From an uncultured delta proteobacterium (lineage in GTDB: Bacteria; Myxococcota_A; Polyangia; Fen-1088), in the NCBI GenBank assembly GCA_963737265.1, contig CAVTRY010000012.1, forward strand, positions 128,001 to 192,000: a stretch of 64,000 nt of DNA, written 5' to 3'. Below the pieces are notes generated by a model. It did no database searches and was not told the origin of the DNA. It saw nothing but the letters and a program-made list of their open reading frames with translations. Below, one piece after another: positions 23,457-35,747 of this stretch. The stretch's first letter is position 1, and the number at the start of each line of letters is the position of its first letter. The position numbers and the translations under genes are program-made.

Positions 23457-25020
23457 AGCCGTGGCTCTCGCCGCCCTTCACGCGTCCGTCCAGCTAGGCA
23501 CTGGCTACCCCGGCACACCGTCGACGGAGATCCTGGAACGCTTCGAAGTCCTGGGCGGGCGCGCGCAGTGGGCGCCCAACGAAAAGGTAGCTCTGGAAGT
23601 CGGCATCGGTGTCGCGTTTGCTGGCGGACGATCCATTGTGACCATGAAGCACGTCGGCCTCAACGTGGCCGCCGACCCGCTTTTCACCGTCGCGTACACC
23701 GGCGTGGAAGGCGCGCTGGTCGTGGTGTCGGCCGACGATCCGGGTATGGCATCCAGCCAGAACGAACAGGACAACCGGCGCTTCGCCGTGGCGGCCGGCG
23801 TGCCCATGCTGGAGCCCGCAGACTCGCAGGAAGCCTACGATTTCACGCTGCTTGCCATCGAAATTTCCGAGCGCTGGCGCATTCCGGTGCTCCTGCGCAT
23901 GACCACGCGCGTCTGCCATTCCAAGACCATCGTGGCCACGCCCGGCAATGCGGTACCGCCTGCGCGCGCGCCCGCCTTCGTGCGCAGCGTGCCCGAGCGA
24001 GTAATGATCCCGGCCTACGCGCGCCCAGCCCACCTGCGCCTGCGCACCAAGCTGGCCGAAATCGAGGCGTGGAACGAACACAAGGGCCCAACGGTTCGCG
24101 TTGACGGTGAAGGTAAGCTTGGCATCATCACCTCGGGCATTTCTTACCAGCATGTGCGCGAGGCGGCGCCGGACGCGCGCGTTCTCAAAATCGGCCTCAC
24201 CTACCCCTTGCCGATGGAAGCCATGTGCAAGTTCGCCGAGAGCGTCGAGCGTTGCTTCGTGATCGAGGAAGGCGATCCCTTCCTCGTCGAGGCCGCCCGC
24301 GCGGCGGGAGCCAAAGTGCAGGGCCGGCCCGCCATGTATCGTTGTGGCGAATTGAACGTCAATCGCGTGCGGCGCATCTTGGCCGGCGACCTTTCGCCCG
24401 AAGCCAAGCCCGTACCCGGCAAGCCGCCGGAGCTATGCCCCGGCTGCCCGCACAGAATCGTGTTCGAGATCCTGCGCGACCTCGACTGCATCGTGGCGGG
24501 CGACATCGGCTGCTACACGCTGGGCGTGCTGCCGCCATTTTCAGCTATGGATACCGTGGTGTGCATGGGCGCATCGGTCGGAGTGGGCCTCGGCATGCGC
24601 CACGTCCTGCCTGAAAAGGACGCGCGCCGGGTGGTTAGCGTCATCGGCGATTCCACCTTCGTGCACAGCGGAATCACGGGCTTGGTCGAGATGGTCTACA
24701 ACCCACCCAAGACCGGACACGTACTACTCATCCTCGACAACGGGACCACTGCGATGACGGGTTTGCAGGAACATCCGGGCACGGGACGAACCCTCGGCCA
24801 CCAGCCCACGGGCAAGATTAGCTTCGAGGCGCTCGCGAGCGCTGTAGGCGTCAAGCACGTCACGGTGCTGGACCCCACCTTGCGCCCGGCCGAGCTGCGC
24901 GCCTGCATCGAAGAGGCGCTGGCGCGCCAGGAACTTTCGGTCATCATCACCCGGCGCAACTGCCTGCTGGCGGCTGGTGCCATCAAAAGCTACGAGAAGA
25001 ATCATGAAAAGGGTAATTAG
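23416..25020 (+). CDS. iorA: Indolepyruvate ferredoxin oxidoreductase alpha subunit
   Basis: GYPGTPSTE, NEKVALE, SSQNEQD, CPGCPH, GDIGCY and GDSTF.HSG, LDNGTTAMTG TPP motif. Start at ATG 23416. Confidence 0.92.
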   Translation: MSPPKTSRLMSGDEAVALAALHASVQLGTGYPGTPSTEILERFEVLGGRAQWAPNEKVALEVGIGVAFAGGRSIVTMKHVGLNVAADPLFTVAYTGVEGALVVVSADDPGMASSQNEQDNRRFAVAAGVPMLEPADSQEAYDFTLLAIEISERWRIPVLLRMTTRVCHSKTIVATPGNAVPPARAPAFVRSVPERVMIPAYARPAHLRLRTKLAEIEAWNEHKGPTVRVDGEGKLGIITSGISYQHVREAAPDARVLKIGLTYPLPMEAMCKFAESVERCFVIEEGDPFLVEAARAAGAKVQGRPAMYRCGELNVNRVRRILAGDLSPEAKPVPGKPPELCPGCPHRIVFEILRDLDCIVAGDIGCYTLGVLPPFSAMDTVVCMGASVGVGLGMRHVLPEKDARRVVSVIGDSTFVHSGITGLVEMVYNPPKTGHVLLILDNGTTAMTGLQEHPGTGRTLGHQPTGKISFEALASAVGVKHVTVLDPTLRPAELRACIEEALARQELSVIITRRNCLLAAGAIKSYEKNHEKGN

Positions 25021-25474
25021 CGTCGTCATTGCCGGCCTGGGCGGCCAGGGCGTGCTCAAGGCGTCGGACATCTTGTCGGACGTCGCATTTCGCACCGGCT
25101 TGGCAGTCAAGAAAAGCGAAATCCACGGCATGAGCCAGCGTGGTGGCTCGGTCACGAGCGACGTGCGTTTCGGCCGCGAGGTGTTCTCGCCCATGGTCCC
25201 CGAGGGCGAAGCCGATTTCCTGGTTGCCCTCGCCGCCTCGGAAATTGAGGTCAATCGCGCCGTTCTCGGACTGGCCGGCGTCGTGATCGGCCCCGACACC
25301 ATCGACGAGGACAAGCTGACCCATAAGAAGAGCCTCAACGTCGCTCTCTTGGGCGCACTCGCCCGCCATCTGGATCTTCCTCAAGAAAGCTGGCTCGCCG
25401 CCATCCTGGGCAGCTTGCCCGAAAAGCTGCACGAGGCCAACCTGCACGCTTTCGCCGTCGGCAGAGGCGGCTAG
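25004..25474 (+). CDS. iorB: Indolepyruvate ferredoxin oxidoreductase beta subunit
   Basis: AGLGGQG and SEIHGMSQRGGSV. Overlaps the iorA end. Confidence 0.9.
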   Translation: MKRVISVVIAGLGGQGVLKASDILSDVAFRTGLAVKKSEIHGMSQRGGSVTSDVRFGREVFSPMVPEGEADFLVALAASEIEVNRAVLGLAGVVIGPDTIDEDKLTHKKSLNVALLGALARHLDLPQESWLAAILGSLPEKLHEANLHAFAVGRGG

Positions 25475-25485
25475 CGAAAGAAGAA

Positions 25486-25588
25486 TTTAACCACGGAGAG
25501 CATGGAGAGCACAGGGGAGGGGCTCGGATTCGGGATCCGGAACCCCTTTCGGTTCGGCCTCCGTGCCCTCTGCGTCTCTGTGGTGAAA
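25486..25588. repeat. Intergenic imperfect palindrome (REP-like)
   Basis: Arms TTTAACCACGGAGAGCATGGAGAGCACAGGGG and CCTCCGTGCCCTCTGCGTCTCTGTGGTGAAA, between convergent iorB and hppA. Confidence 0.75.
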
Positions 25589-25601
25589 ATCCGCCGGCCC
25601 G

Positions 25602-25638
25602 AAAACAAAAACGCGGAAGAGGTTTCCCTCTCCCGCGT
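25602..25638 (-). terminator. Intrinsic terminator of hppA
   Basis: Minus strand ACGCGGGAGAGG-GAAA-CCTCTTCCGCGT followed by TTTTGTTTT. Confidence 0.8.
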
Positions 25639-25656
25639 CTTGCGATCTTGCGAGGA

Positions 25657-28077
<2,421 letters not shown>

Positions 28078-28319
28078 GGGTCTCCTTCTGATTTGGCGCG
28101 CAACCTAGACGATGCGGACGGCAATCGTCAAGGATGACTGCGCAACACAATGCGATGGTCGCCGGGAAGCACGGGCTTCCGCGACAGCGAAAAACACTGC
28201 CAACGTGGCGTAACCTTGAGGACATTGGGCAAGAGCCCCTCGGATGACCGGCGATCGATTCGGTCAAGCTTGCCCAGCGTGAACGTGGCCTCGCGCGACT
28301 TGTGCGATAGACTGCCGCG

Positions 28320-31235
28320 ATGAAATTGCGCCCCCAACTGCACGTCCTCGTCGGCGTTGCCTCTCTTCTTCCCCGTGGTTCCGCCGCGTCCGTGCCGGAA
28401 ATCGCCTTCGAACAGTACCGCCTTCCGAGTGGGCTCGACGTCCTGCTACACGTCGACCACCGCGTTCCCATCGTGCATGTCGAGGTTTGGTACAAGGTCG
28501 GGTCAAAAGACGAGGTCGCCGGAAAAACCGGATTTGCCCACCTGTTCGAGCACATGATGTTCCAGGGGACAAAGCACATCCCCGAGGACGCCTACTTCAA
28601 ATATCTGGCCCAAGCCGGAGCATCGGCCCGCAACGGTTCCACCAGCACGGATAGAACCAACTACTTCGAAACCCTGCCCGCGTCGCAGCTTGAGCTTGGT
28701 CTGTGGTTGGAAAGCTCGCGCATGGGCTTCTTGCTCGATCGAGATGGGAACCCTGAGAGGGTTCCCATACCCTCCCGCGACGCTTCGCTGCCGGCCAGGC
28801 CGGCAGGCTCCGCACGCGATCGCCCATCCTTTCGCGAAACCTTCGCCAACCAGCGCGACGTGGTCAAGAACGAGCGCCGCCAGCGCGTGGAAAACAGTCC
28901 CCTCGGTGGCGTCGCGCGCGTCGAGCTGGAAGCTCTCTTCCCCGTCGGACACCCGTACCGCCACGAAGTCGTCGGCTCGATGGAAGATTTGGATGCGGCG
29001 TCCGAGGCCGATTTGAAGGATTTTTTCAACCGCTACTACGCGCCCGGGAACGCCGTGCTCCTTATCGCGGGCGACATCGATACCGCCTTTACCAAGGGAC
29101 TCGTCGAAAAGTATTTCGGCCCCATCGCCCCCGGACTGCCCATCCAGCGCGTACCGGTGCCGCCCATTCCGCCGCAGAAGGCAGAGCGACGACGGATCGC
29201 CATGGAAGCGAAGATCAATCTGTCGCGCGGGCAAATGGCGTGGAACACGGTGCCTGCCTTCGCCGCGGGCGACGCGGAGCTCGATATGCTCGCCAACATC
29301 TTGGGCGAAGGCCGCAGCTCCCGGCTGTATCAACGCCTCGTCTACGATCTCAAGATTGCCCAGTCCGTATCGGCGAACCACATGAGTCGCGTGTATGGTG
29401 GCACCTTCGAAATCGCCTACACCGTCATGCGCGGCCATTCCCTGGCCGAGGTGGAAAAGGTCATCGATGAAGAGTTGGACAAGCTGTGCACCCAGCCTCC
29501 TGCGCAGGAAGAAGTCGAACGCGCGCGCAACCAAATCAAGACCGACCTGTTCAAGGGCATGGAAACGTTGTCGGGTCTGGCCTCGCATCTCCTCTACTAC
29601 GACGTCTTCGCGGGCGACGCCGGCTACTTGCGCCGCGATCTCGATCGTTACGACGGCGCGACGGCCGAAATTCTGGGAACCTGGGCCCGGAAGATCCTGA
29701 CCAAGAATGGCCGCGTGGTCGTCGATGTCGAGCCCAATCCGAAGGCGCCCATCATGGGCCGGTTGGTGAAGGCTGCCCCAGCGGCTGCTGACAGGCCAAC
29801 TCCTGTCGACGGTGGCCAAGCCATCGTGGCGCAGGCCAAGATCGTTCCACGTGCGACGCCCGATGCCGCTTTCCGCTCCACGCTGCCGCAGCCTGGGGAC
29901 AAACATCCCTTCAAGGTGCCGGCCGTGAAGCGCTTTCGGCTAAAAAATGGACTGTCCGTCATCTTGGCCGAATCGCACAAGCTGCCGCTCGTCAGCCTGG
30001 ACCTGATCGTAAAAACCGGCAGCAGCGCGAACGGGAAGGACAAGGCAGGTCTTGCCAGCCTGGTGGCCAACCTGCTCGACGAAGGGACAAAGAAGCGCAC
30101 CGCCACCCAAATCGCCAACGAGGTGGCACAGCTCGGCGCGAGCTTGAACACCTACGCGACGTGGGATGCGTCGGCGGTCTCGCTCAGCACGCTCAGCGAG
30201 AACCTCGACCGGGGCCTCGACGTGTGGGCCGATGTGCTGCTCAATCCAGCCTTCGCCGAAGATGATCTCGTGCGCGTCGTCGACAATCTGGCTTCATCGC
30301 TGGCCCAGCGCAAAGACTACCCACCCATCGTCGCGGGACAGGTCTTTGCGCGCGCCCTGTGGGGCGATGTGCATCCCTTCGCATGGCCCGACACCGGCAC
30401 CGAAGCATCGTTAAGGGCTCTCGATCGCGCCAGCGTCAGGCGTTTTTACGACACGTTCTACGTCCCGAGCAATGCCGTGCTGGTGGTGACGGGCGACGTG
30501 ACCGAAAAGGACGTGCATGCCAAGATCGAACCCTTGCTTGCCAAGTGGAAAGCCAAGAAGGTTCCATCGGTCAAACTGCCCAAGGTCGAAGCGCCGGAAA
30601 AGCTCCGCATCGTTCTCGTCGACAAGGCCGGCGCGCCGCAGTCGTCGATCCGCATCGGCCTGCCAGGAATCGAACGCAAGAACCCCGACTACTACCGCGC
30701 CCTGGTGACGAACCAGATCCTGGGCGGAGGTTTCAAGCGGTTGGCGCTGAACCTGCGCGAAACCAAGGGCTGGACCTACGGCGTGGGCTCGCAATTCGAC
30801 GCCCGCCGATCCGTCGGCCCGTGGACCATCAGCGGCGAGTTCGTCGCGGCGCACACCGCGGATGCGGTGGCCGAGATTCTCAAGGAAATCGAAAAGCTGC
30901 GTGCCGAGGACGTCACCGACAAAGAGCTGGCCGAAACCAAGGACGAGATCGTCGGCGCCTTCCCGGCGCGCTTCGCCACCGCCAGCCAGCTCGCCTCGCA
31001 GATGACCGCGCTTGCCGTCTACGACCTGCCCCCGACGGAGCTTGATTCGTTCGTCGGCAAGATCGCCGCCGTCGACAAACAGCAGGTACGAGCGATGGCG
31101 CGAAAATACTTCCGGCCGGACAATCTGCTCATCGTCGTGGTCGGGGATCGCGTCGGCAATGAGGCGGCACTGCGCAAAATCGCCGAGGTCGAACGCCGCG
31201 ATCTCGACGGCAACCTAATCGAGCCTGGTCGTTGA
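28320..31235 (+). CDS. M16 family zinc protease (two-half, PqqL-like)
   Basis: HLFEH inverted zinc motif, second half LRETKGWTY, 971 aa. Confidence 0.92.
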   Translation: MKLRPQLHVLVGVASLLPRGSAASVPEIAFEQYRLPSGLDVLLHVDHRVPIVHVEVWYKVGSKDEVAGKTGFAHLFEHMMFQGTKHIPEDAYFKYLAQAGASARNGSTSTDRTNYFETLPASQLELGLWLESSRMGFLLDRDGNPERVPIPSRDASLPARPAGSARDRPSFRETFANQRDVVKNERRQRVENSPLGGVARVELEALFPVGHPYRHEVVGSMEDLDAASEADLKDFFNRYYAPGNAVLLIAGDIDTAFTKGLVEKYFGPIAPGLPIQRVPVPPIPPQKAERRRIAMEAKINLSRGQMAWNTVPAFAAGDAELDMLANILGEGRSSRLYQRLVYDLKIAQSVSANHMSRVYGGTFEIAYTVMRGHSLAEVEKVIDEELDKLCTQPPAQEEVERARNQIKTDLFKGMETLSGLASHLLYYDVFAGDAGYLRRDLDRYDGATAEILGTWARKILTKNGRVVVDVEPNPKAPIMGRLVKAAPAAADRPTPVDGGQAIVAQAKIVPRATPDAAFRSTLPQPGDKHPFKVPAVKRFRLKNGLSVILAESHKLPLVSLDLIVKTGSSANGKDKAGLASLVANLLDEGTKKRTATQIANEVAQLGASLNTYATWDASAVSLSTLSENLDRGLDVWADVLLNPAFAEDDLVRVVDNLASSLAQRKDYPPIVAGQVFARALWGDVHPFAWPDTGTEASLRALDRASVRRFYDTFYVPSNAVLVVTGDVTEKDVHAKIEPLLAKWKAKKVPSVKLPKVEAPEKLRIVLVDKAGAPQSSIRIGLPGIERKNPDYYRALVTNQILGGGFKRLALNLRETKGWTYGVGSQFDARRSVGPWTISGEFVAAHTADAVAEILKEIEKLRAEDVTDKELAETKDEIVGAFPARFATASQLASQMTALAVYDLPPTELDSFVGKIAAVDKQQVRAMARKYFRPDNLLIVVVGDRVGNEAALRKIAEVERRDLDGNLIEPGR
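28742..28822. mobile_element. 81-bp in-frame palindromic insertion in the M16 protease gene
   Basis: CGATCG direct repeat at 28736-28741 and 28817-28822. Internal hairpins ATGGGAACCCT-GAG-AGGGTTCCCAT and CTGCCGGCC-A-GGCCGGCAG. Confidence 0.75.
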
Positions 31236-32689
31236 GCACCTTCCGCGAGCTGCGCGAGCTGCGGCTGGCCGACGAGAAGGGGACGCTCTACTCGCAGGCC
31301 GACATGGCCGTCGCCCTGTGCTACCCGAGCCCCTACCACGTCGGCATGTCGTCGCTCGGATTCCAAACCATCTACCGCGAGCTCAACGCCCTGAACGGCA
31401 TCGCGGCCGAGCGCGCCTTCTTACCCGACGACGTACCGGCCGCGCGCGCGCAGCACGAGGTGCTTTGCACCTACGAATCCAACCGACCCGTCGCTGATTT
31501 TCCCATCGTCGCCTTCTCGCTGGCTTACGAGCTTGAGCTGGCGGGCTTGGTCCATTGCCTGGACCTGGCCGGAATTCCGCCGCTAGCAGCCGATCGCGAT
31601 GCCCAGGATCGGCGCTGGCCACTTATCGTTGTCGGCGGGCCGCTGACCTTTTCTAATCCCGTGCCCGCCGGCCCCATGGCCGACGTCATCGCGATGGGCG
31701 AGGCGGAAGAATTGGTCAGCGCGCTGGTGCGCCACTTTCGCGACAGCAGTGACAAACGCGTCCTGCTGCAGACCCTGGCACGCTTGCCCGGTTTCTTCGT
31801 TCCCTCGATCCACGGCGAGCACCCGCCCGCCGTCGCCGCGGCCGCCAATTCGCGCTTGCCCGCTTTTTCGCAGATCATCACGCCACACACCGAGCTGTCC
31901 GACATGTTCCTCATCGAGGCCGCGCGCGGGTGCAGCCGCACCTGTACCTACTGTGTGATGCGCAGATCGACCAACGGGGGCATGCGCAAGGTCGAGCCCG
32001 ACCAGATCCTGTCCAAGATTCCCGACCATGCCCGGCGCGTGGGCCTGGTGGGCGCAGCGGTCACCGATCACCCTCGCCTGCCGGCTATTCTGCGTGCGCT
32101 CATCGACTCGGGTCGTTCCATCGGCGTGTCCAGCTTGCGCGCCGATCGCCTGAACGACGAATTGGTGGGCTTGCTCGCGGCCGGCGGCTACCGGACCCTG
32201 ACCACTGCCTCCGACGGCGCATCGCAAGCCATGCGCGACCGAATCACGCGCGGAACCAGTGAGGAGAATCTGCGCAACGCCGCCCGCCTGTGCCGCGCCC
32301 ACAAGATGGTCGCGCTCAAGCTCTACATGATGCTGGGCCTGCCCGGCGAAACCATGGTCGATGTGGAGGACCTGATCCGCTTCGCGCTGGAGTTGGCCGA
32401 CATCGCACCCCGGCTGATCGTCACCATCGCGCCCTTCGTTGCCAAGCGGAACACGCCACTTGACCGCTCGCCGTTCGAAGACATCGCCATCTTGGAGTCC
32501 AAGTTGTCTCGCCTGCGCACGGCCCTGCGCGGCCGCGTGAGGCTGGTGGGCGAATCGCCGAAATGGGCATGGATCGAATATCGCTTAGCCCAAGGCGGTT
32601 TCGCGGAAGGCCTGGCGGCGGTGGCCGCCGCGCGCGCCGGCGCCGGCTTCGCCGCCTGGAGATCCGCGTTCGCCGCCGCGCCCGCCTGA
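31232..32689 (+). CDS. Radical SAM protein with B12-binding-like N-terminal domain
   Basis: CSRTCTYC, YHVGMSSLGFQ and KLYMMLGLPGET. TTG start overlaps the M16 stop. Confidence 0.88.
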   Translation: MSTFRELRELRLADEKGTLYSQADMAVALCYPSPYHVGMSSLGFQTIYRELNALNGIAAERAFLPDDVPAARAQHEVLCTYESNRPVADFPIVAFSLAYELELAGLVHCLDLAGIPPLAADRDAQDRRWPLIVVGGPLTFSNPVPAGPMADVIAMGEAEELVSALVRHFRDSSDKRVLLQTLARLPGFFVPSIHGEHPPAVAAAANSRLPAFSQIITPHTELSDMFLIEAARGCSRTCTYCVMRRSTNGGMRKVEPDQILSKIPDHARRVGLVGAAVTDHPRLPAILRALIDSGRSIGVSSLRADRLNDELVGLLAAGGYRTLTTASDGASQAMRDRITRGTSEENLRNAARLCRAHKMVALKLYMMLGLPGETMVDVEDLIRFALELADIAPRLIVTIAPFVAKRNTPLDRSPFEDIAILESKLSRLRTALRGRVRLVGESPKWAWIEYRLAQGGFAEGLAAVAAARAGAGFAAWRSAFAAAPA

Positions 32690-32719
32690 CGCCTGACCAT
32701 GCGGCGTCACCATGGAGGC

Positions 32720-33298
32720 GGGTGCCTCCCTGAAACGGGGGCCCCAGCCGGGGGCTCGGTGAGGTAGCAACTTCTGGCGGAGTGCCGCCGAAAACGCAGA
32801 TATGGAACAGCGAGGAACGGAGAAACAGAGACAGGATGACTTTACTGGGCAAATTATCGCCGCCTGCATCGAAGTCCACCGTCACCTCGGTCCCGGGCTG
32901 CTTGAGTCGGCCTACGAGCACTGCCTGGCGCGCGAGCTAGGCCTGCGTGGATTTCGCACTCAACACCAGGTCGCGATTCCTCTGCAGTACAAAGGACTTG
33001 ACCTCGACTGCGGCTATCGCCTCGACCTCATGGTGGAAGGCCGTTTGGTCGTCGAAGTCAAGGCGGTAGAGCAGTTGCTTCCTGTCCACTTGGCACAGGT
33101 CATTACCTATCTCAAGCTCCTACGACTGCCGGTGGGCCTGCTCGTCAATTTCCACGTCCCCGTACTTCGCGAGGGTCTCCGCCGCCTCGTCAACCCAACC
33201 CGTGATTCCTCTGGTCCTCCGTTCCTCCCTGTTTTTCCCTCCGATCCCACCTGCGCGGGGCGAGGTGAAGCCACAGCCCCCATTTCAGGGAAGCACCC
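32720..33298 (+). mobile_element. 579-bp TIR element carrying a GxxExxY gene, copy 2
   Basis: Same TIRs as copy 1. 9-bp direct repeat CATGGAGGC at 32711-32719 and 33299-33307. I count 6 substitutions versus copy 1. Confidence 0.92.
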
Positions 33299-33404
33299 CA
33301 TGGAGGCGTCAGCGAGGCGCTACCGCGAAAATCGTGATACAAAGGAGCCCCACCGAGGAGGCTATCGATGCGCGCATTGGAACGAACGGTTGCTTTGTCC
33401 CTAG
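32802..33404 (+). CDS. GxxExxY protein (PD-(D/E)XK nuclease-like), copy 2
   Basis: Core identical to 22866..23456, with a different read-through tail. Confidence 0.9.
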   Translation: MEQRGTEKQRQDDFTGQIIAACIEVHRHLGPGLLESAYEHCLARELGLRGFRTQHQVAIPLQYKGLDLDCGYRLDLMVEGRLVVEVKAVEQLLPVHLAQVITYLKLLRLPVGLLVNFHVPVLREGLRRLVNPTRDSSGPPFLPVFPSDPTCAGRGEATAPISGKHPMEASARRYRENRDTKEPHRGGYRCAHWNERLLCP

Positions 33405-34312
33405 TTTTGCTTCTAGCCAGCGTTCTCGCACCGAGAGCCGAGGCGCAAACGGCCCTGGATCCGCAGTATCCAGCGCAGCAGCCCGGCTATCAGCAAGCGC
33501 CCCAGCCGGCCGCGCCGCCGCAGGGCTACACGCCCCCGCAGAGTTACCCCCAGCCGCAAGCTTACCCCCAGCAAAGCTATCCCCAGCAGCAAGCGTATCC
33601 ACAACAGGGTTACCCGCAACCGCAGCCCTACCCGCAGCAAGCCTATCCACAACAAGGCTACCCCCAACAAAGCGCGCCTCCGCCAGGGTACTACGCACCG
33701 CCGCCCGGATATGGCCCACCACCAGGCTATGCGCCACCGCCGAGCTATGCGCCGCCGCCCACGGGTCCCGCCTACCGCCGCGGATTGCTCTTCCTCCCGT
33801 ATCTCGGCTTCAACACCGTGGTGGGCAGCGGTTCGGATGGCTATTCAACCGGCCTTCGCCTGGGCGGTCTGCTTGGTTTCAACCTGGGTGCCGCTCCGAT
33901 TTCGCTCAATGGCGAAATGACCCTCGATATCATGAACCCCACTTCTAGCTCATACAGCGGCGACACGACCGAAGTTTACGTGGACTTTGCTTTCAGCCCT
34001 CTTTTCCACTTTGGAACCCCTCAAATCGAGCTCGTGATAGGACCCAAGCTGGGCTTCTTTGGCGAGTCATTCACCAACAGTTACGCCGGGTCTGACTACA
34101 AACAGAGCGGGAGTGGAGTGGCGTATGGCCTCAACGCCGGTGTGTTCGTTCCACTTGGCAGGGTGGCCATCGGCGGTATGCTCAACTTCACCGGCCACCA
34201 CTTCTCAAGCTACTGCTACACGGACCCAGGATATTCCGAAGTCTGCGGCGACGCGCCATCAGGCACACCCGAAGTCAAGATCATCGGCTTCAACGCGGCT
34301 CTGCTCTACTAG
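33368..34312 (+). CDS. Secreted protein with Pro/Gln/Tyr repeats and a probable small outer-membrane beta-barrel
   Basis: GAGGAGG SD, signal peptide, QQxYP and PPPGY repeats, amphipathic strands and a terminal aromatic residue. Confidence 0.75.
   Translation: MRALERTVALSLVLLLASVLAPRAEAQTALDPQYPAQQPGYQQAPQPAAPPQGYTPPQSYPQPQAYPQQSYPQQQAYPQQGYPQPQPYPQQAYPQQGYPQQSAPPPGYYAPPPGYGPPPGYAPPPSYAPPPTGPAYRRGLLFLPYLGFNTVVGSGSDGYSTGLRLGGLLGFNLGAAPISLNGEMTLDIMNPTSSSYSGDTTEVYVDFAFSPLFHFGTPQIELVIGPKLGFFGESFTNSYAGSDYKQSGSGVAYGLNAGVFVPLGRVAIGGMLNFTGHHFSSYCYTDPGYSEVCGDAPSGTPEVKIIGFNAALLY
33520..33760 (+). repeat. Degenerate coding repeats (QQxYP / PPPxY)
   Basis: Low-complexity 5-7 residue peptide repeats with synonymous variation. 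Confidence 0.7.
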
Positions 34313-34397
34313 CGCTGCTGGCCATACACGAGTCCCATGAGGCCGCTGCGGCGGCCTCTGTGCTTTCTGGGGCGGCTGTGCTCAACTAGCAGGGTCG

Positions 34398-35675
34398 ATG
34401 CGGCGGACGCTGTTCCAGATCAAGGCGATTCTCGAGGGTGCCATGCCGTCGGGTGAGATGGCTGCGGTCATCTCGCGGCGGGCGCGCGCCGGGGTCTACG
34501 TTTCCCGGTTGTTCCTGCGCATCATCAAGCAGTGGGTGCGCGATCGCTGTCCGCAGCAAGCGGCGGCCCTGACCTACCAGACCACGCTGTCGCTGGTGCC
34601 GCTGCTCGCCCTGGTTTTCGCGGGGCTGAACCAGGCGCACAACCTTGAAGTCCAATCGAGCCTCGTCGATTTCATCTCGACGCGGATCTTGCCCGACATG
34701 GATGGCGTGGTCGACCACCTGCAGACGTTCTCGGACAAAGTGGCGACCGGTGCGGCAGGCGGGCTGGGACTCGCCTTCACCCTCGGTACCTGCTTTTACC
34801 TCTTCTTCACCATCGAGGGCACGTTCAACACCATCTGGCGCGTGGCCGCGCCGCGCACGCTCGTGCGCAAGTTCATGATCTTCTACCCGGTGGTGACGTT
34901 ACTTCCCGTGCTGGCCGGAGCCTACCTCTACTGGTCGGGCAAGCTCATCGGCAGCCAATCTGCCGCGCGTTTCCTCGGACCACTTTCGATTCAGTTCCTG
35001 GCGCTTTTCCTCATCAACTGGCTGCTGCCGAACATCCGCGTGCGCTGGTTTGCCGCCTTGACCGGAGCGCTCACGACGGGCCTCGCCCTCGAAGCCTTGA
35101 AATGGGGATTCGTCCATTTCGCAAAACGAGCACTGCTCGCGAGTTACGGCGGCGTGTACGGCCCGCTGGCCCTGGTACCGCTCATGCTGCTGTGGATCTA
35201 CATTTCATGGTGGCTGGTGTTGCTCGGTGCCGAACTCGCCCATTCCATCCAGAACCTCAAGTTGCTCGAAGCGGAAGAGCGGCGACAAGTCGGAGAGGAG
35301 CCCATCAACGGATTGGTCGCGGCGCAGCTTCTGGCCTTGGTCGCCGCAAACTACGAGAACGGCGGACACGGCATCGACCGCGCCACCTTGAGCAGAGAAT
35401 TCGGACTGTCGATCGACGCCATCGACCGCATCGCCGCCCGCCTCAGAATGCGCGGTCTCCTGGCCCAGGTCGCCGGCGACCGCGAAGGTTTCATCCCCGG
35501 ACGTCCCGCCAGCCGCATTGCGCTCGACGATGTGTTGTCCGCCTTCCGCGCCACCGATCTGCAGGTAGCCCAAGGCACGACGTCGCTGGCTTTGGAATCG
35601 CTGATTCGCGAGCTCGAAGAAGCGCGCAGGGCCCGCATCGGCGCCACCACCATCGCGGACTTGATGCCGAGGTGA
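34398..35675 (+). CDS. YihY/BrkB family membrane protein with C-terminal wHTH (Rrf2-like) domain
   Basis: AAALTYQTTLSLVP, FNTIWRV, YGPLALVPLMLLWIYISW..VLLGAE. Confidence 0.88.
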   Translation: MRRTLFQIKAILEGAMPSGEMAAVISRRARAGVYVSRLFLRIIKQWVRDRCPQQAAALTYQTTLSLVPLLALVFAGLNQAHNLEVQSSLVDFISTRILPDMDGVVDHLQTFSDKVATGAAGGLGLAFTLGTCFYLFFTIEGTFNTIWRVAAPRTLVRKFMIFYPVVTLLPVLAGAYLYWSGKLIGSQSAARFLGPLSIQFLALFLINWLLPNIRVRWFAALTGALTTGLALEALKWGFVHFAKRALLASYGGVYGPLALVPLMLLWIYISWWLVLLGAELAHSIQNLKLLEAEERRQVGEEPINGLVAAQLLALVAANYENGGHGIDRATLSREFGLSIDAIDRIAARLRMRGLLAQVAGDREGFIPGRPASRIALDDVLSAFRATDLQVAQGTTSLALESLIRELEEARRARIGATTIADLMPR

Positions 35676-35747
35676 TGCGGCCGACTTCATCACCAGCATG
35701 ACCGATCGCTGCGGGGCGGCGGGCCGGTCGCAAGTCACGTCGCGTCG

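Noticed and set aside
33520-33760. Periodic repeats as a CRISPR array
   Set aside because: These are degenerate coding repeats with no constant repeat and unique spacer structure, and there are no cas genes.
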